This document shows, piece by piece, positions 21,883-31,531 of a stretch of DNA of 64,000 bases; position 1 is the stretch's first letter, and each line of letters begins with the position of its first letter. The DNA lies in the NCBI GenBank assembly GCA_965248355.1, contig OZ252098.1, positions 3,168,001-3,232,000 of the forward strand, in the 5' to 3' direction. Below the pieces are notes generated by a model. It was not told the DNA's origin. It was given only the letters and a program-made list of their open reading frames with translations, and ran no database searches. This DNA is from Candidatus Latescibacterota bacterium (lineage in GTDB: Bacteria; Latescibacterota; UBA2968; UBA8231). The translations under genes were made by a program, and so were the position numbers.

Positions 21883-24308
21883 GGGGTCTCTCCTGATCGC
21901 GGGTTGAAGAGGTTCGACGGTGGGGCCGGCAGCGCCCCGGAGCCGTTCCAGAAGGCGCTCACCTCGCCGCGGATCGCCTCGCCGCTGCGGGTGGCTCGAG
22001 GCGCGCCCCAGGAGGGCGGGTACTGCTCCCGGTAGTCCGCCCGCGAGAACCGGCGGTCGATGAGCAGCAGCAGCCCGCGGTCGGTGTCGGAGCGGATGAC
22101 GCGCCCGGCCGCCTGCAGCACGCGGTTCATGCCCGGGTAGGCGTAGCCGTAGGCGAAGCCCGCGTTCTCCTGCTCGTCGTAGTAGCCGCGGATCAGGTCG
22201 CGCTCCAGGCAGATCTGCGGCAGGCCGACGCCGACGACGACGGCCCCCACGAGGCGCTCCCCCGCCAGGTCGATGCCCTCCCCGAAGAGGCCGCCCATGA
22301 CGGCGAAGCCGACCACGGTGGACGGATTGTCGACCCGGAAGAGGCCGAGGAAACGCTCCTTCTGCGCCTCGCCCATGGCCGGGATCTGGGCCATGGCGAG
22401 GGTGCCGGCCGGCGCCAGGGCCTCGAAGCGCGGCAGCACCTCCTGCAGGTACTTGTAGGAGGGGAAGTAGACCATGTAGTTGCCGCGGCGGCCGCCCACG
22501 GCGGCGGCGATGGCGGCGGCCACGTCGTCGTAGGAACGGCCCCGCCCCCGGTAGCTGGTGTCGATGTGGTCGGCCACCATGACCAGCAGGTTCTCCGTCG
22601 GAAAGGGGGAGTCGAGCTGCAGGGTGAAGTCCTCGCGCCCGCCGCCGAGGAGCCGGCGAAAGTAGTCCAGGGGGGTGAGGGTGGCGGAGAAGAAGGTGGC
22701 CGAGCGGCCCCGGTCGAGGGCCTTCTCGATGCGTCCCGACGGGTCGAGGCAGAACAGGCGCAGCAGCAGGTCGCCGCGGCCCCGCTTCTCGCCGTAGGTG
22801 ACGTAGCGGCCGTCGAAGAGGTCGGCCACGCGCAGGAAGGCGGCGAGGGTGAAGTACAGGTCGGTGAGGGCCTCGCGCCACGGCGCCGGACGGTTCCTCG
22901 CCAGGACCGGCTCGATCTCGGCCTGGACCCGCGTCAGCAGGGGCGGCAGGTCCTCGGGGGGGTCCTGGTCCAGCCAGCCGCGGCCGTCGCCCTCGTCGTC
23001 GCAGCGGCGCACCTGGGTCTCCAGGTAGAGGTCGAGGGTGCCGAGAGCGTGGGCGATGGCCGGCTGCGAGCCCCCCAGGGCCTTGATGACGGCCCGCACC
23101 TCGCCGCGGCGGATCTCGGCGGAGTACATGTCGCGGGCGCGTTCCACGAGGTTGTGGGCCTCGTCGATGAGGAAGGCGTAGTCGCCGCCGGAATCGAGGA
23201 AGTAGCGCTTGAGGTAGGCCTTGGGATCGAAGACGTAGTTGTAGTCGCAGATGAGCACGTCGGAGAGCAGGGACAGGTCGAGGCCCAGCTCGAAGGGGCA
23301 GACCGTGTGGCTGCGGGCCGTCTCCTCGATGTGGACCCGCGTGAAGTCGTCGTGGGAGCGGAAGGCGTCCTCGAGGGCGTCGTTGACGCGGTCGTAGTAG
23401 CCGAGGGCGAACTCGCAGGTCTCCATGTCGCAGGGGCGGCCGCCGCGGGCGTTGAAGCAGATGCGGTCGCGGGCGGTGATCGTGCAGGACTTGAGGCGCA
23501 GGCCCGAGGCGCGCAGATCGCCGAGGGCGCTCTCGGCCACGGTGCGGCCGCTGGTCTTGGCGGTGAGGTAGAAGATCTTCTCCACGCACCCCTCGCCCAG
23601 GGCCCGGACCGCCGGGAACAGGACCGACATGGTCTTGCCGATGCCGGTGGGCGCCATGGCGAAGAGCCGGCCCTTGGAGACGATGGTCTCGCGCACCGCC
23701 TCCGACAGCTCCTGCTGGCCGGGGCGGTACTCCGGGAAGGGGAAGTCCAGGGTCGAGATCGACGCGTCCCGCCGGGCGCACCACTCGTGCCAGATGCGGG
23801 CCCAGCGCAGGTAGCGGCCCACGAGATCGTCGAAGAAGGCGGCCAGCTCCTGCCGTGAGAACGGGCGCCCGTCCTCGCGCACCTGGCCGCTGTGGAGCTG
23901 CACGTAGGTGAGCCGCACCTCGATGCGCTCCGGCTGCAGGTCCTGGGCCAGGATGTGGGCGTAGAGCTTGGCCTGGCCCCAGTGGAGGGGGTTGTCGGGG
24001 CGGGCCTCGAGGGCGCCGTAGGTGGTCTTGATCTCCTCCACCAGCAGGTCGCCGCCGTCGTGAAGAACGCCGTCGACGCGCCCGGAGATCTCCAGCGACA
24101 GGGCGCCGCCGGCCTCCACCGTGCAGCGCACCGGCACCTCGCTGCGGTACCCGTCCGGCCTCTGGCCCTGCACCAACCGGTGGCCCCGGGTGCCCTCGAC
24201 GGCCCTCTGGGCGGAGTGGAAGGCCGTGCCCAGATCGCCGGAGCGCAGCACGAAGGCAATCAGGTCGCGGACGGAGATCTGTACGTGGCTGTCGGTGGCC
24301 GGCGGCAT
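21879..24308 (-). CDS. DinG/Rad3-like Fe-S DNA helicase with N-terminal PD-(D/E)XK nuclease-like domain
   Basis: GRVDG..EEIKT; YRPGQ, APTGIGKT, four Cys, DEAH, SATL, FPSY, QAAGRVIR. Confidence 0.9.
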   Translation of the reverse strand: MPPATDSHVQISVRDLIAFVLRSGDLGTAFHSAQRAVEGTRGHRLVQGQRPDGYRSEVPVRCTVEAGGALSLEISGRVDGVLHDGGDLLVEEIKTTYGALEARPDNPLHWGQAKLYAHILAQDLQPERIEVRLTYVQLHSGQVREDGRPFSRQELAAFFDDLVGRYLRWARIWHEWCARRDASISTLDFPFPEYRPGQQELSEAVRETIVSKGRLFAMAPTGIGKTMSVLFPAVRALGEGCVEKIFYLTAKTSGRTVAESALGDLRASGLRLKSCTITARDRICFNARGGRPCDMETCEFALGYYDRVNDALEDAFRSHDDFTRVHIEETARSHTVCPFELGLDLSLLSDVLICDYNYVFDPKAYLKRYFLDSGGDYAFLIDEAHNLVERARDMYSAEIRRGEVRAVIKALGGSQPAIAHALGTLDLYLETQVRRCDDEGDGRGWLDQDPPEDLPPLLTRVQAEIEPVLARNRPAPWREALTDLYFTLAAFLRVADLFDGRYVTYGEKRGRGDLLLRLFCLDPSGRIEKALDRGRSATFFSATLTPLDYFRRLLGGGREDFTLQLDSPFPTENLLVMVADHIDTSYRGRGRSYDDVAAAIAAAVGGRRGNYMVYFPSYKYLQEVLPRFEALAPAGTLAMAQIPAMGEAQKERFLGLFRVDNPSTVVGFAVMGGLFGEGIDLAGERLVGAVVVGVGLPQICLERDLIRGYYDEQENAGFAYGYAYPGMNRVLQAAGRVIRSDTDRGLLLLIDRRFSRADYREQYPPSWGAPRATRSGEAIRGEVSAFWNGSGALPAPPSNLFNPRSGETP

Positions 24309-24379
24309 GAGGGGTGGGGAATATAGCGGTTGGCCGCGGACCGTTGCCGAAGGGGGCCCCACCGCCGATTCTATGCGCC

Positions 24380-25447
24380 ATGCCGACTCTTTCGATGGAG
24401 CAGATCGCCGAAGCCGCCGCCGCCCTCTTCACCGCCGCGGGCACCCCCGCCGACAAGGCGCGGACCGTGGCCGGCCTGCTGGCCGAGGCCAACTGCGCCG
24501 GCCACGACTCCCACGGCCTCATCCGCGTTCCCCAGTACCTCGACGCCATCGAGGACGGCCGCATCGAGCCGGCGGCCGAGGTGGAGGTCGTGCGGGAGAC
24601 GGCGATCACCGCCGTCCTCGACGGCCACTGGGGATTCGGCCAGGTGGCCATGACCCGCGCCGTCGACGTGGCCCTCGAGAAGGCGTCGGCCCTCGGTCTG
24701 GCGGCCGTGACCGTGCGCAACGCCGGCCACATCGGCCGCCTGGGCAGCTACGTTGACCGCCTCGCCCGCCGCGACCTGGCGGCCCTGCTGCTGGTCAACG
24801 CCGTCGGCATCCCCGCCTTCCGCATGGCCCCCTGGGGCGGCACCGAGGCCCGCCTCGCCACCGACCCCCTGGCCATCGGAGTCCCGCGCTCCACGGGCGA
24901 CCCCGTCGTCCTCGACATGACCACCACGGTGGTGGCCGAGGGCAAGGTGCGGGTGCAGAGCAACCGCGGGGAGCCGGTCCCCGAGGGCTGGCTGATCGAC
25001 GCGGAGGGCCGGCCGACCACCGATCCCGAGGTCCTCTACGAGGAGCCGCGGGGCAGCATCCTGCCCCTGGGCGGCCGCGCCGGCGGCCACAAGGGCTACG
25101 GCCTCAACGTCGCTCTCGAGCTGCTCGCCGGCGCCCTGAGCGGGACCGGTTGCATCGGCGGCGGTCAGCCCATCGGCAACGGCGTCCTGCTCCTCGCCCT
25201 GGAGGTGGAGCGCTTCCTGCCCCTCGACGAGTTCCACCGGGAGGCGGAGAGGTTCTTCGCCCACGTGAAGTCGTCGCCGCCGGCCGCCGGCTTCGACGAG
25301 ATCCTGCTGCCGGGCGAGATCGAGAGCCAGGTGCAGCGGCGCCGGCAGCGGGAGGGCGTCTCCGTCGACGACGAGACCTGGCGGCAGGTCCTGCAGTGGG
25401 CCGAAAAGCTGGGCGCCGACCTGCCCGTCCCGGAGGAGAGTCCATGA
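24380..25447 (+). CDS. Ldh_2 family (malate/L-lactate dehydrogenase-like) oxidoreductase
   Basis: GHDSHG, GHIGRLG, LDMTT, GHKGYGL, LPGE. Confidence 0.92.
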   Translation: MPTLSMEQIAEAAAALFTAAGTPADKARTVAGLLAEANCAGHDSHGLIRVPQYLDAIEDGRIEPAAEVEVVRETAITAVLDGHWGFGQVAMTRAVDVALEKASALGLAAVTVRNAGHIGRLGSYVDRLARRDLAALLLVNAVGIPAFRMAPWGGTEARLATDPLAIGVPRSTGDPVVLDMTTTVVAEGKVRVQSNRGEPVPEGWLIDAEGRPTTDPEVLYEEPRGSILPLGGRAGGHKGYGLNVALELLAGALSGTGCIGGGQPIGNGVLLLALEVERFLPLDEFHREAERFFAHVKSSPPAAGFDEILLPGEIESQVQRRRQREGVSVDDETWRQVLQWAEKLGADLPVPEESP

Positions 25448-26346
25448 TCGTCGACATCCACACCCACCCCCCGAGGCACCGCGAGCTGCCGCCCGGGGCC
25501 GAGCCGGAGCTAAATCACAAGTGGCGGCCCGACCGGCCCGTGAACGTGACCACCACCTGGAAGGACTTCTTCGCCGGCCAGACGCCGGCCGAGGTGTCGG
25601 TGGTCTTCGGCATCGCCATGAGCCCCGGGGGGCCCGCCTACCCGGCGGACCCGGACTGGTCGGAGGGCAACATCAACGACGCCGTGGCCGAGTTCGCGGC
25701 CGCCCACCCCGGCCGCCTCATCGGCTTCGCCGCCGTCCATCCCTTCGACCCGGACTGCCTCGACGAGCTGGAGCGCTGCCGCGTCGACCTGGGCATGCAG
25801 GGCGTCAAGCTCGCCGCCAACTACCAGAACTACGAGCCCCTCGAGCCCCGCGCCCTGGCCGTCTACGACTACGCCCAGCGCCACGGCCTGCCCGTCATGC
25901 TGCACCAGGGCACGTCGCCGGTGCAACACGCCCCCATCCGTTACGCCCACCCCCTGATCGTCGACGAGATCGCCATGCGCTACCCGGAGCTGCGCATGAT
26001 CATGGCCCACCTCGGCCACCCCTGGCAGGCGGAGACCTGCGTCGTCGTCCGCAAGCACCCGCACGTCTACGCCGACCTGTCGGCCACCTTCTACCGGCCC
26101 TACTCGTTCTGGGAGCAGATGGTGAAGGCCTCGGAGTGGAACGTCCTCGACAAGGTGCTCTTCGGCAGCGACTGGCCGATCACCGAGGTGGGGGAGTCGA
26201 TCGAGCGCCTGCGCGCCGTCAACGACATCGTCGAAGGGACGCCGCTGCCCAAGGTGGACCCCGACGCCATCGAGGCCATCATCGAGCGCGACTCCCTCGG
26301 CCTGCTCGGCCTCTCCGCGCCCCCCGGCGCGGGGGGAGAGCGATGA
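25444..26346 (+). CDS. Amidohydrolase family protein (Amidohydro_2)
   Basis: DIHTH, GVKL, MAHLGHPW, LFGSDWP. Confidence 0.9.
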   Translation: MIVDIHTHPPRHRELPPGAEPELNHKWRPDRPVNVTTTWKDFFAGQTPAEVSVVFGIAMSPGGPAYPADPDWSEGNINDAVAEFAAAHPGRLIGFAAVHPFDPDCLDELERCRVDLGMQGVKLAANYQNYEPLEPRALAVYDYAQRHGLPVMLHQGTSPVQHAPIRYAHPLIVDEIAMRYPELRMIMAHLGHPWQAETCVVVRKHPHVYADLSATFYRPYSFWEQMVKASEWNVLDKVLFGSDWPITEVGESIERLRAVNDIVEGTPLPKVDPDAIEAIIERDSLGLLGLSAPPGAGGER

Positions 26347-27230
26347 CGCAGTCCGGCGGCGCCCTCGTGAAGCTCGGCGTAATCGGCGGCTCCGGGGTCT
26401 ACCAGATGGAAGGCGCCGAGATCGTCGGCGAGCACGAGATCGAGACGCCCTTCGGGCCGCCCTCGGACCTGCTGGTGGAAACCCTCATCGACGGCCGCAC
26501 CGTGTTCTTCCTCCCCCGCCACGGCCGCGGACACCGGCTGCTGCCCTCCGAGGTGCCCTACCGCGCCAACGTCCACGCCATGAAATCCGCGGGCGTCACC
26601 CACCTGCTGGCGGTCAGCGCCGTGGGCCTCATGAAGGAGCACATCCGGCCCGGCGACATGGTGATCCCCGACCAGATCTTCGACCGCACCCGGGGCCTGC
26701 GGCCGGCCACCTTCTTCGGCGACGGCATCGCCGGCCACGTGTCGCTGGCCGACCCCTTCTGCCGCGGCGAGCTGACGGCCGGCCTGGCGGCGGCGGCCCG
26801 AAAGAGCGGCGCCACCGTGCACGAGGGCGGCACCTACGTGTGCATGGAGGGGCCCCAGTTCTCGTCGAAGGCGGAGTCCCACTTCTACCGCCGCGCCGTG
26901 GACGCCCAGGTCATCGGCATGACCGCCATCCCCGAGGCCAAGCTGGCCCGGGAGGCGGAGATGTGCTACGCGCTGCTGGCCATGGGCACCGACTACGACT
27001 GCTGGCACGAGACCGAGGAGAACGTCTCGGTGGAGACGGTGGTCCAGATCCTGCGGGCCAACGCCGAGCTGGGCTGCCGCATCGTGCGGAATCTCGCCGG
27101 CCGGCTGCCGGCCGCCGTCGACTGCGAGTGCCACAGCGCCGCGAGGTTCGCCGTGATCACGGCGCCGGAGGCGATCAGCCCCCAGGCCCGGGCGCGGCTG
27201 CGGACCCTGTACGGCAAGTACTGGGAGTGA
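26343..27230 (+). CDS. mtnP: S-methyl-5'-thioadenosine phosphorylase
   Basis: GVIGGSG, RHGRGH, EGPQFS, GMTAIPEAKLARE, TDYDCW. Confidence 0.93.
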   Translation: MTQSGGALVKLGVIGGSGVYQMEGAEIVGEHEIETPFGPPSDLLVETLIDGRTVFFLPRHGRGHRLLPSEVPYRANVHAMKSAGVTHLLAVSAVGLMKEHIRPGDMVIPDQIFDRTRGLRPATFFGDGIAGHVSLADPFCRGELTAGLAAAARKSGATVHEGGTYVCMEGPQFSSKAESHFYRRAVDAQVIGMTAIPEAKLAREAEMCYALLAMGTDYDCWHETEENVSVETVVQILRANAELGCRIVRNLAGRLPAAVDCECHSAARFAVITAPEAISPQARARLRTLYGKYWE

Positions 27231-27246
27231 GCCGGGGCGGGGCTCG

Positions 27247-28380
27247 ATGAAGCGGGATCCCTTGCGAGTCGCGGTGATCGGCGTCGGCAGGATCGGTTTC
27301 TTCCACGCCCGGCACGTGCAGGAGGTGGGAGCGGAGACCGGCGCCTGCCGCCTGGTGGCCGTGGCCGACCGCCATGGGGACACGGCGCAGCGGGCGGCGG
27401 CGAGGCTCAGCGAAGGGGGCCGCGAGCCGGTGGCGGCCTTCGACTCCCCGGAGGCGCTGGCCGGGGCCGGCGTGGCCGACGCCGCCGTGATCGCCTCGCG
27501 CACCCGGGACCACCGCCGCGACACCGAGGCGATGGTGAACGCCGGCGGCCGGGTGCTGCTCGAGAAGCCCCTGGCCGATTCCCTCGACGAGGCCCGCGAC
27601 CTGGCGGCCTGGCTCGAGGCGGAGCCCGCCCGCGGCCGGGCGGTGATGCTGGCCTTCCAGCGGCGCTACGACGAGGCCCTGCTGAGGGCCCGGGAGTTGC
27701 TGCGGGCCAACGCCATCGGCCGCCTCTTCAAGACCCTCTCCGTCCTCGAGGATCCCGAGCCGCCGCCCCCGGGGTACCAGAGCCCCGGCCTGCTGGCCGA
27801 CATGGCCGTGCACAACGCCGACGAGATCCTCTGGCTCGGCGGCGGCACGCCCACGGCGATCACCGGCGTCGGCGCGCGCCTGCACAACCAGCGCATCCCC
27901 GGGGTCGTGGAGGAGGACTTCGACGACATCTTCGTGCAGATGTGGTTCGGGGAGGAGGCGACGGCCCAGATCCAGGTGAGCCGCAACCACGTGGCCGGCT
28001 ACCGCAACGAGACCTTCCTCTACGGCGCCGAAGGCCTGATCCACGTGGGCCACTTCGACGAGGACCCGCTGCGGGCCCGGGTGGAGGCCTACGGCCCGGG
28101 GCACGAGGTCATCGAGAAGCGCGCCTTCGAGCTGCGCGACTACGGCGAGCCCGTGCCCGTCTTCATCCGCCGCTTCGGCAAGGCCTACAAGGCCGAGGTG
28201 GCCGACTTCGTGGCCCGGTGCCGCGCCGGCGAGCCCTTCGCCGTCACCCACCGGCACGGCCTGCAGGCCATGGAGGTGGTCATCGCCGGGGCCGGGGCGG
28301 TGCGCGGGTTGGGCGAGGCGGCACCCATCCGCTTTCCGTCTGACCTACGGTGTGTGGCGCGCAATAGCGGCGCTTCTTAG
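27247..28380 (+). CDS. Gfo/Idh/MocA oxidoreductase (inositol 2-dehydrogenase-like)
   Basis: GVGRIG, LEKP, FQRRYD, DMAVHNAD. Confidence 0.9.
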   Translation: MKRDPLRVAVIGVGRIGFFHARHVQEVGAETGACRLVAVADRHGDTAQRAAARLSEGGREPVAAFDSPEALAGAGVADAAVIASRTRDHRRDTEAMVNAGGRVLLEKPLADSLDEARDLAAWLEAEPARGRAVMLAFQRRYDEALLRARELLRANAIGRLFKTLSVLEDPEPPPPGYQSPGLLADMAVHNADEILWLGGGTPTAITGVGARLHNQRIPGVVEEDFDDIFVQMWFGEEATAQIQVSRNHVAGYRNETFLYGAEGLIHVGHFDEDPLRARVEAYGPGHEVIEKRAFELRDYGEPVPVFIRRFGKAYKAEVADFVARCRAGEPFAVTHRHGLQAMEVVIAGAGAVRGLGEAAPIRFPSDLRCVARNSGAS

Positions 28381-28383
28381 ACT

Positions 28384-28416
28384 CAGGGTAGAATTGGTTT
28401 TCCTGATTCTACCCCT
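28384..28416. promoter_or_regulatory. Inverted repeat, probable vapBC autoregulatory operator
   Basis: GGGTAGAAT-N11-ATTCTACCC immediately upstream of the vapB RBS. Confidence 0.6.
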
Positions 28417-28429
28417 GGGAGGAATGGGA

Positions 28430-28687
28430 ATGAGCCTGAACATCAAGAACGACGAGACCTGCCGGCTGGCCGGGGAGCTCGCTCGACTGACCGGCGAGAC
28501 CATGACCAGGGCGATCACCGTGGCCTTGCAGGAACGTCTGGCGCGGGAGACGCGGGAACGCAGCGTCGAAACCCGCGAGAGAGAGCTGCGCGCCATCGCC
28601 GAGCGCTGTGCCCGGCTGCTGGGGCCGGGCCCCTCCGCCGTCGAGCACGGCGATCTCCTCTACGACGAACGCGGATTGCCCAGATGA
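28430..28687 (+). CDS. vapB: VapB antitoxin (Rv0623-like)
   Basis: MSLNIKNDET..LARLTGETMT..LYDERGLP; GGAGG RBS. Confidence 0.9.
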   Translation: MSLNIKNDETCRLAGELARLTGETMTRAITVALQERLARETRERSVETRERELRAIAERCARLLGPGPSAVEHGDLLYDERGLPR

Positions 28688-29070
28688 TCGTCGACAGCTC
28701 GGCTCTGCTGGCCGTCCTGTTCCGCGAGGCGGATGCGGAGCGTTACGAGAAGGCGATCGCCGAGGCACCGAATTGCCGCATGTCGGTTGCCAATCTGCTG
28801 GAGGTATTCATCGTCGTGGAAAGCCGCGGCGGCACCGCGGCCGGGCAGGAGTGCGACGCCTTTCTGGACAAGGCGGAGATCGATCAGGAACCGGTCATGC
28901 CCGAACATGCGCAGGAGGCGAGGCGAGCCTGGCGGCGCTTCGGGAAGGGCAACCATCCGGCGGCGCTCAACTTCGGCGACTGCTTCGCCTACGCGCTGGC
29001 GCGCACGACCGGGGAGCCGCTGTTGTTCAAGGGCGAGGACTTCGCCCGCACCGATATCGAGGCGGCGTAA
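28684..29070 (+). CDS. vapC: VapC PIN-domain toxin
   Basis: MIVDSSAL, HPAALNFGDCFAYA, LLFKGEDF; ATGA overlap with vapB. Confidence 0.93.
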   Translation: MIVDSSALLAVLFREADAERYEKAIAEAPNCRMSVANLLEVFIVVESRGGTAAGQECDAFLDKAEIDQEPVMPEHAQEARRAWRRFGKGNHPAALNFGDCFAYALARTTGEPLLFKGEDFARTDIEAA

Positions 29071-29136
29071 TCGCAGCGACCGCCGCAACGCCTCGGCCCC
29101 TGAACGCTCCAGGGACCGAGGCTTGATCCAACCCCC

Positions 29137-31491
29137 TCAGCGCAGCAGCAGCATGCGGCGGTGGACGGCCCACTCGCGGGTCTCGAGGCGGTAGACGTAG
29201 ACACCGCTGGCCGCGTCCCGGCCGTAGTCATCCCGGCCGTCCCAGGACAGGCGGTGCTCGCCGGCCCCGGCGGCGTCGACCCGCAGGGTCCGCACCACCT
29301 GCCCCGACAGGTTGTAGATGCTCAGGCGCATGGCGTCGCCCGCCAGTCCCGCCGGGACCTGGAAGGGGATCACCGTGGAGCTGTTGAAGGGGTTGGGCGC
29401 GTTCTGCTGCAGCACCGGGCGGGCGGGGCCCGTTCCCGGGCGGATCTCCCAGGCCTGGTCCTCCACCACCACCACCATGGCCTGCCCCAGTTGGGCGAAC
29501 AGGGCCAGCTCCGCGGGCTGGCCGGCCAGGCCTTCGTACAGCTTCCTCGGCATCTCGGGCCGGTAGGCCCGGTCGATCCACACCTCGTCGAGCAGCTCGA
29601 AGTCGCGGCCCATCCAGTGGGCGGTGGCGCGAGTCTCTTCCACCGACGTGGCTGACCGGTCATCGTCCTCGTCGTCCTCGCCGCCCGTGAAGCCGTCGCA
29701 GGTCGGGCAGTCGTCGCCCCCGCCGACAGCCACGTCGCGCGGCTCGGGGTTGACCTCCACGCCCTCGTCCGGGGCGAAGAGCGAAGTGCGCCGGGTCACC
29801 AGGCGGTAGTCCAGGCCCAAGGCCAGGATGTCGTCCAGCAGCTCCAGCTCGGGGCCGAAACGGGCGATCTGCTCCTCCAGGGCCAGGATCTTCTGATAGG
29901 CCCACAGACGAGGCAGCAGGTCCAGCGAAACGTCGGTTTCGGTGAACTCCAGCGGGAAGTCCGCCGAGACGTCCTTCTCCCCCACCTGGCCGCTCACGCT
30001 CAGGGTGAAGAGACCGCCCTGCGGGTAGCGGCCCACCTGGAACAGCTCCCGGCCGGCGGCCAGGGTCTCCACCCCGCGGGGGTGCACGTCGTGGATCTCC
30101 ACCGACCCGAAGGACAGCTCGTCGACCAGCAGCACGGGGAAGGTGAAGTCCTCGAACAGCTCCCGAAGCGCCGCTTCGATGTCCCCCTCCTCCGACAGGA
30201 AGTGCGCCTCGCCGCCGTGCTCCTCGGCCAGCACCGACAGGAACGCCTGGTCCACGTCGCTCCCCACGCCGATGGTGAACAGCCGCGCCCGGCCCCCCGA
30301 CCACTTCCCCACCAGCTCGCTCAGTGGCCCCAGCTCGATCTCGCCCAGATTCGGCAGCCCGTCCGTTAGGAAGATGACGTGGTTCACCCGGCCGGCGGGG
30401 AAGTCCTGCTGCATGGCTCTCCCCAGACCCGCCTCGAAGTTGCTCACCCCCAGAGCGTCCTGCTGGTTGATGAAGGCCGCGGCCGACTCCAGGTTCGACG
30501 CGTTGGCCGGCACCGGCGCCGCGGCGAAGGACTCGGCCCGGTGGCTGAAGACGACGATGTTGAACAGATCCGCCGACTCCAGATTCGCCAGCGCCGCCAC
30601 CAGCGCCCCCTTCACCGCCTCCAGCTTGCCCCGCTGCATGCTCGAGGAGATGTCGATGACGAAGGTCAGGCTGCGAGGCAGGGGATCGCCCTCGCTCAGC
30701 TCCGGCAGCGGCGGCAGCCACAGGGCGTAGTAGCCCAGGGCCTCGTCCTCCTCCGGCGCGAAGCTGAGCACCGTCGGCTGCAGGAGATCCCCGGTCCGCT
30801 GGATTGTGAGGGTGAAGTCCTCACGGGGCGTCAACTCCTCGTCGCCGAAGAACACGTGCGCCGTGCTCGCGTCGGGCCGGTCCACCTCGGTGAGCCGCGG
30901 CAGACCCGTGGTCGTGGCCTCGAAGGCGTGCTGGCTGCGCACCTGGGCGCGCAGCACGAACAGCTCCATCTGCAGCGCCTGGTCGGTCTCCGGCGCCAGC
31001 GGGAAGGTGTAGTCGATGCGCCCGTTGCGCGCGTCCAGAAGCTGCATGTACTCGAACTCCACCCGCCGGCTACCCCCCGCCGGGAAGGGGAAGATGCTCA
31101 GCCGGAACGAGTTCGGCGTCACCTGCTCGATCAGGGCCGGGTCGATGCGCTGGCGCACGATGTCGTCGTACACCCGGCGCGCCTCCTCCTTCTCCATGAT
31201 CAGCCCCTGGATCCGCTTGTCGCCGATCCACAGCACCAGGTCGGTGATGATGGCGCCTTCGGGCAGGGTGAACTCGTAGATCCCCTCCACCTCCCACTCG
31301 GCGTGGTTGGTGAAGATCTGGTCCGTGCGCGTGCGAGCCACCCGCTCGTCGATGCGCACGTCCACGGTGACCTCGGTCAACTCCAGGTGCTGGCGGCCGT
31401 CGTCGCCCACACCGGTGTACACGTAACCGATGCCGAGGGCGGGCAGGGGGGTCAGCAGCAGGGAGGTGAGAAGAATGAGTCGAAGGTGCAT
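29137..31491 (-). CDS. Secreted VIT + vWA domain protein with FlgD/T9SS-like C-terminal Ig domain
   Basis: Signal peptide; VIT (EGIYEFTLP..DPALIE); MIDAS DISSS and FLTDG; QNAPNPFNSST..WDGRD..ASGVYVYRL. Confidence 0.88.
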   Translation of the reverse strand: MHLRLILLTSLLLTPLPALGIGYVYTGVGDDGRQHLELTEVTVDVRIDERVARTRTDQIFTNHAEWEVEGIYEFTLPEGAIITDLVLWIGDKRIQGLIMEKEEARRVYDDIVRQRIDPALIEQVTPNSFRLSIFPFPAGGSRRVEFEYMQLLDARNGRIDYTFPLAPETDQALQMELFVLRAQVRSQHAFEATTTGLPRLTEVDRPDASTAHVFFGDEELTPREDFTLTIQRTGDLLQPTVLSFAPEEDEALGYYALWLPPLPELSEGDPLPRSLTFVIDISSSMQRGKLEAVKGALVAALANLESADLFNIVVFSHRAESFAAAPVPANASNLESAAAFINQQDALGVSNFEAGLGRAMQQDFPAGRVNHVIFLTDGLPNLGEIELGPLSELVGKWSGGRARLFTIGVGSDVDQAFLSVLAEEHGGEAHFLSEEGDIEAALRELFEDFTFPVLLVDELSFGSVEIHDVHPRGVETLAAGRELFQVGRYPQGGLFTLSVSGQVGEKDVSADFPLEFTETDVSLDLLPRLWAYQKILALEEQIARFGPELELLDDILALGLDYRLVTRRTSLFAPDEGVEVNPEPRDVAVGGGDDCPTCDGFTGGEDDEDDDRSATSVEETRATAHWMGRDFELLDEVWIDRAYRPEMPRKLYEGLAGQPAELALFAQLGQAMVVVVEDQAWEIRPGTGPARPVLQQNAPNPFNSSTVIPFQVPAGLAGDAMRLSIYNLSGQVVRTLRVDAAGAGEHRLSWDGRDDYGRDAASGVYVYRLETREWAVHRRMLLLR

Positions 31492-31531
31492 GGAGGGCTC
31501 CTTTCGAAGGAGAGGGACGACGGAGGTCGGG

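Noticed and set aside
21879..24308. DinG as type IV CRISPR CasDinG
   Set aside because: No csf/cas genes or array; Fe-S XPD-like housekeeping architecture
19972..24732. 1586-aa ORF and similar long extensions (35421-38753, 40947-43250, 58346-61582)
   Set aside because: GC-rich shadow frames overlapping well-supported genes; at most the 3' parts are real genes
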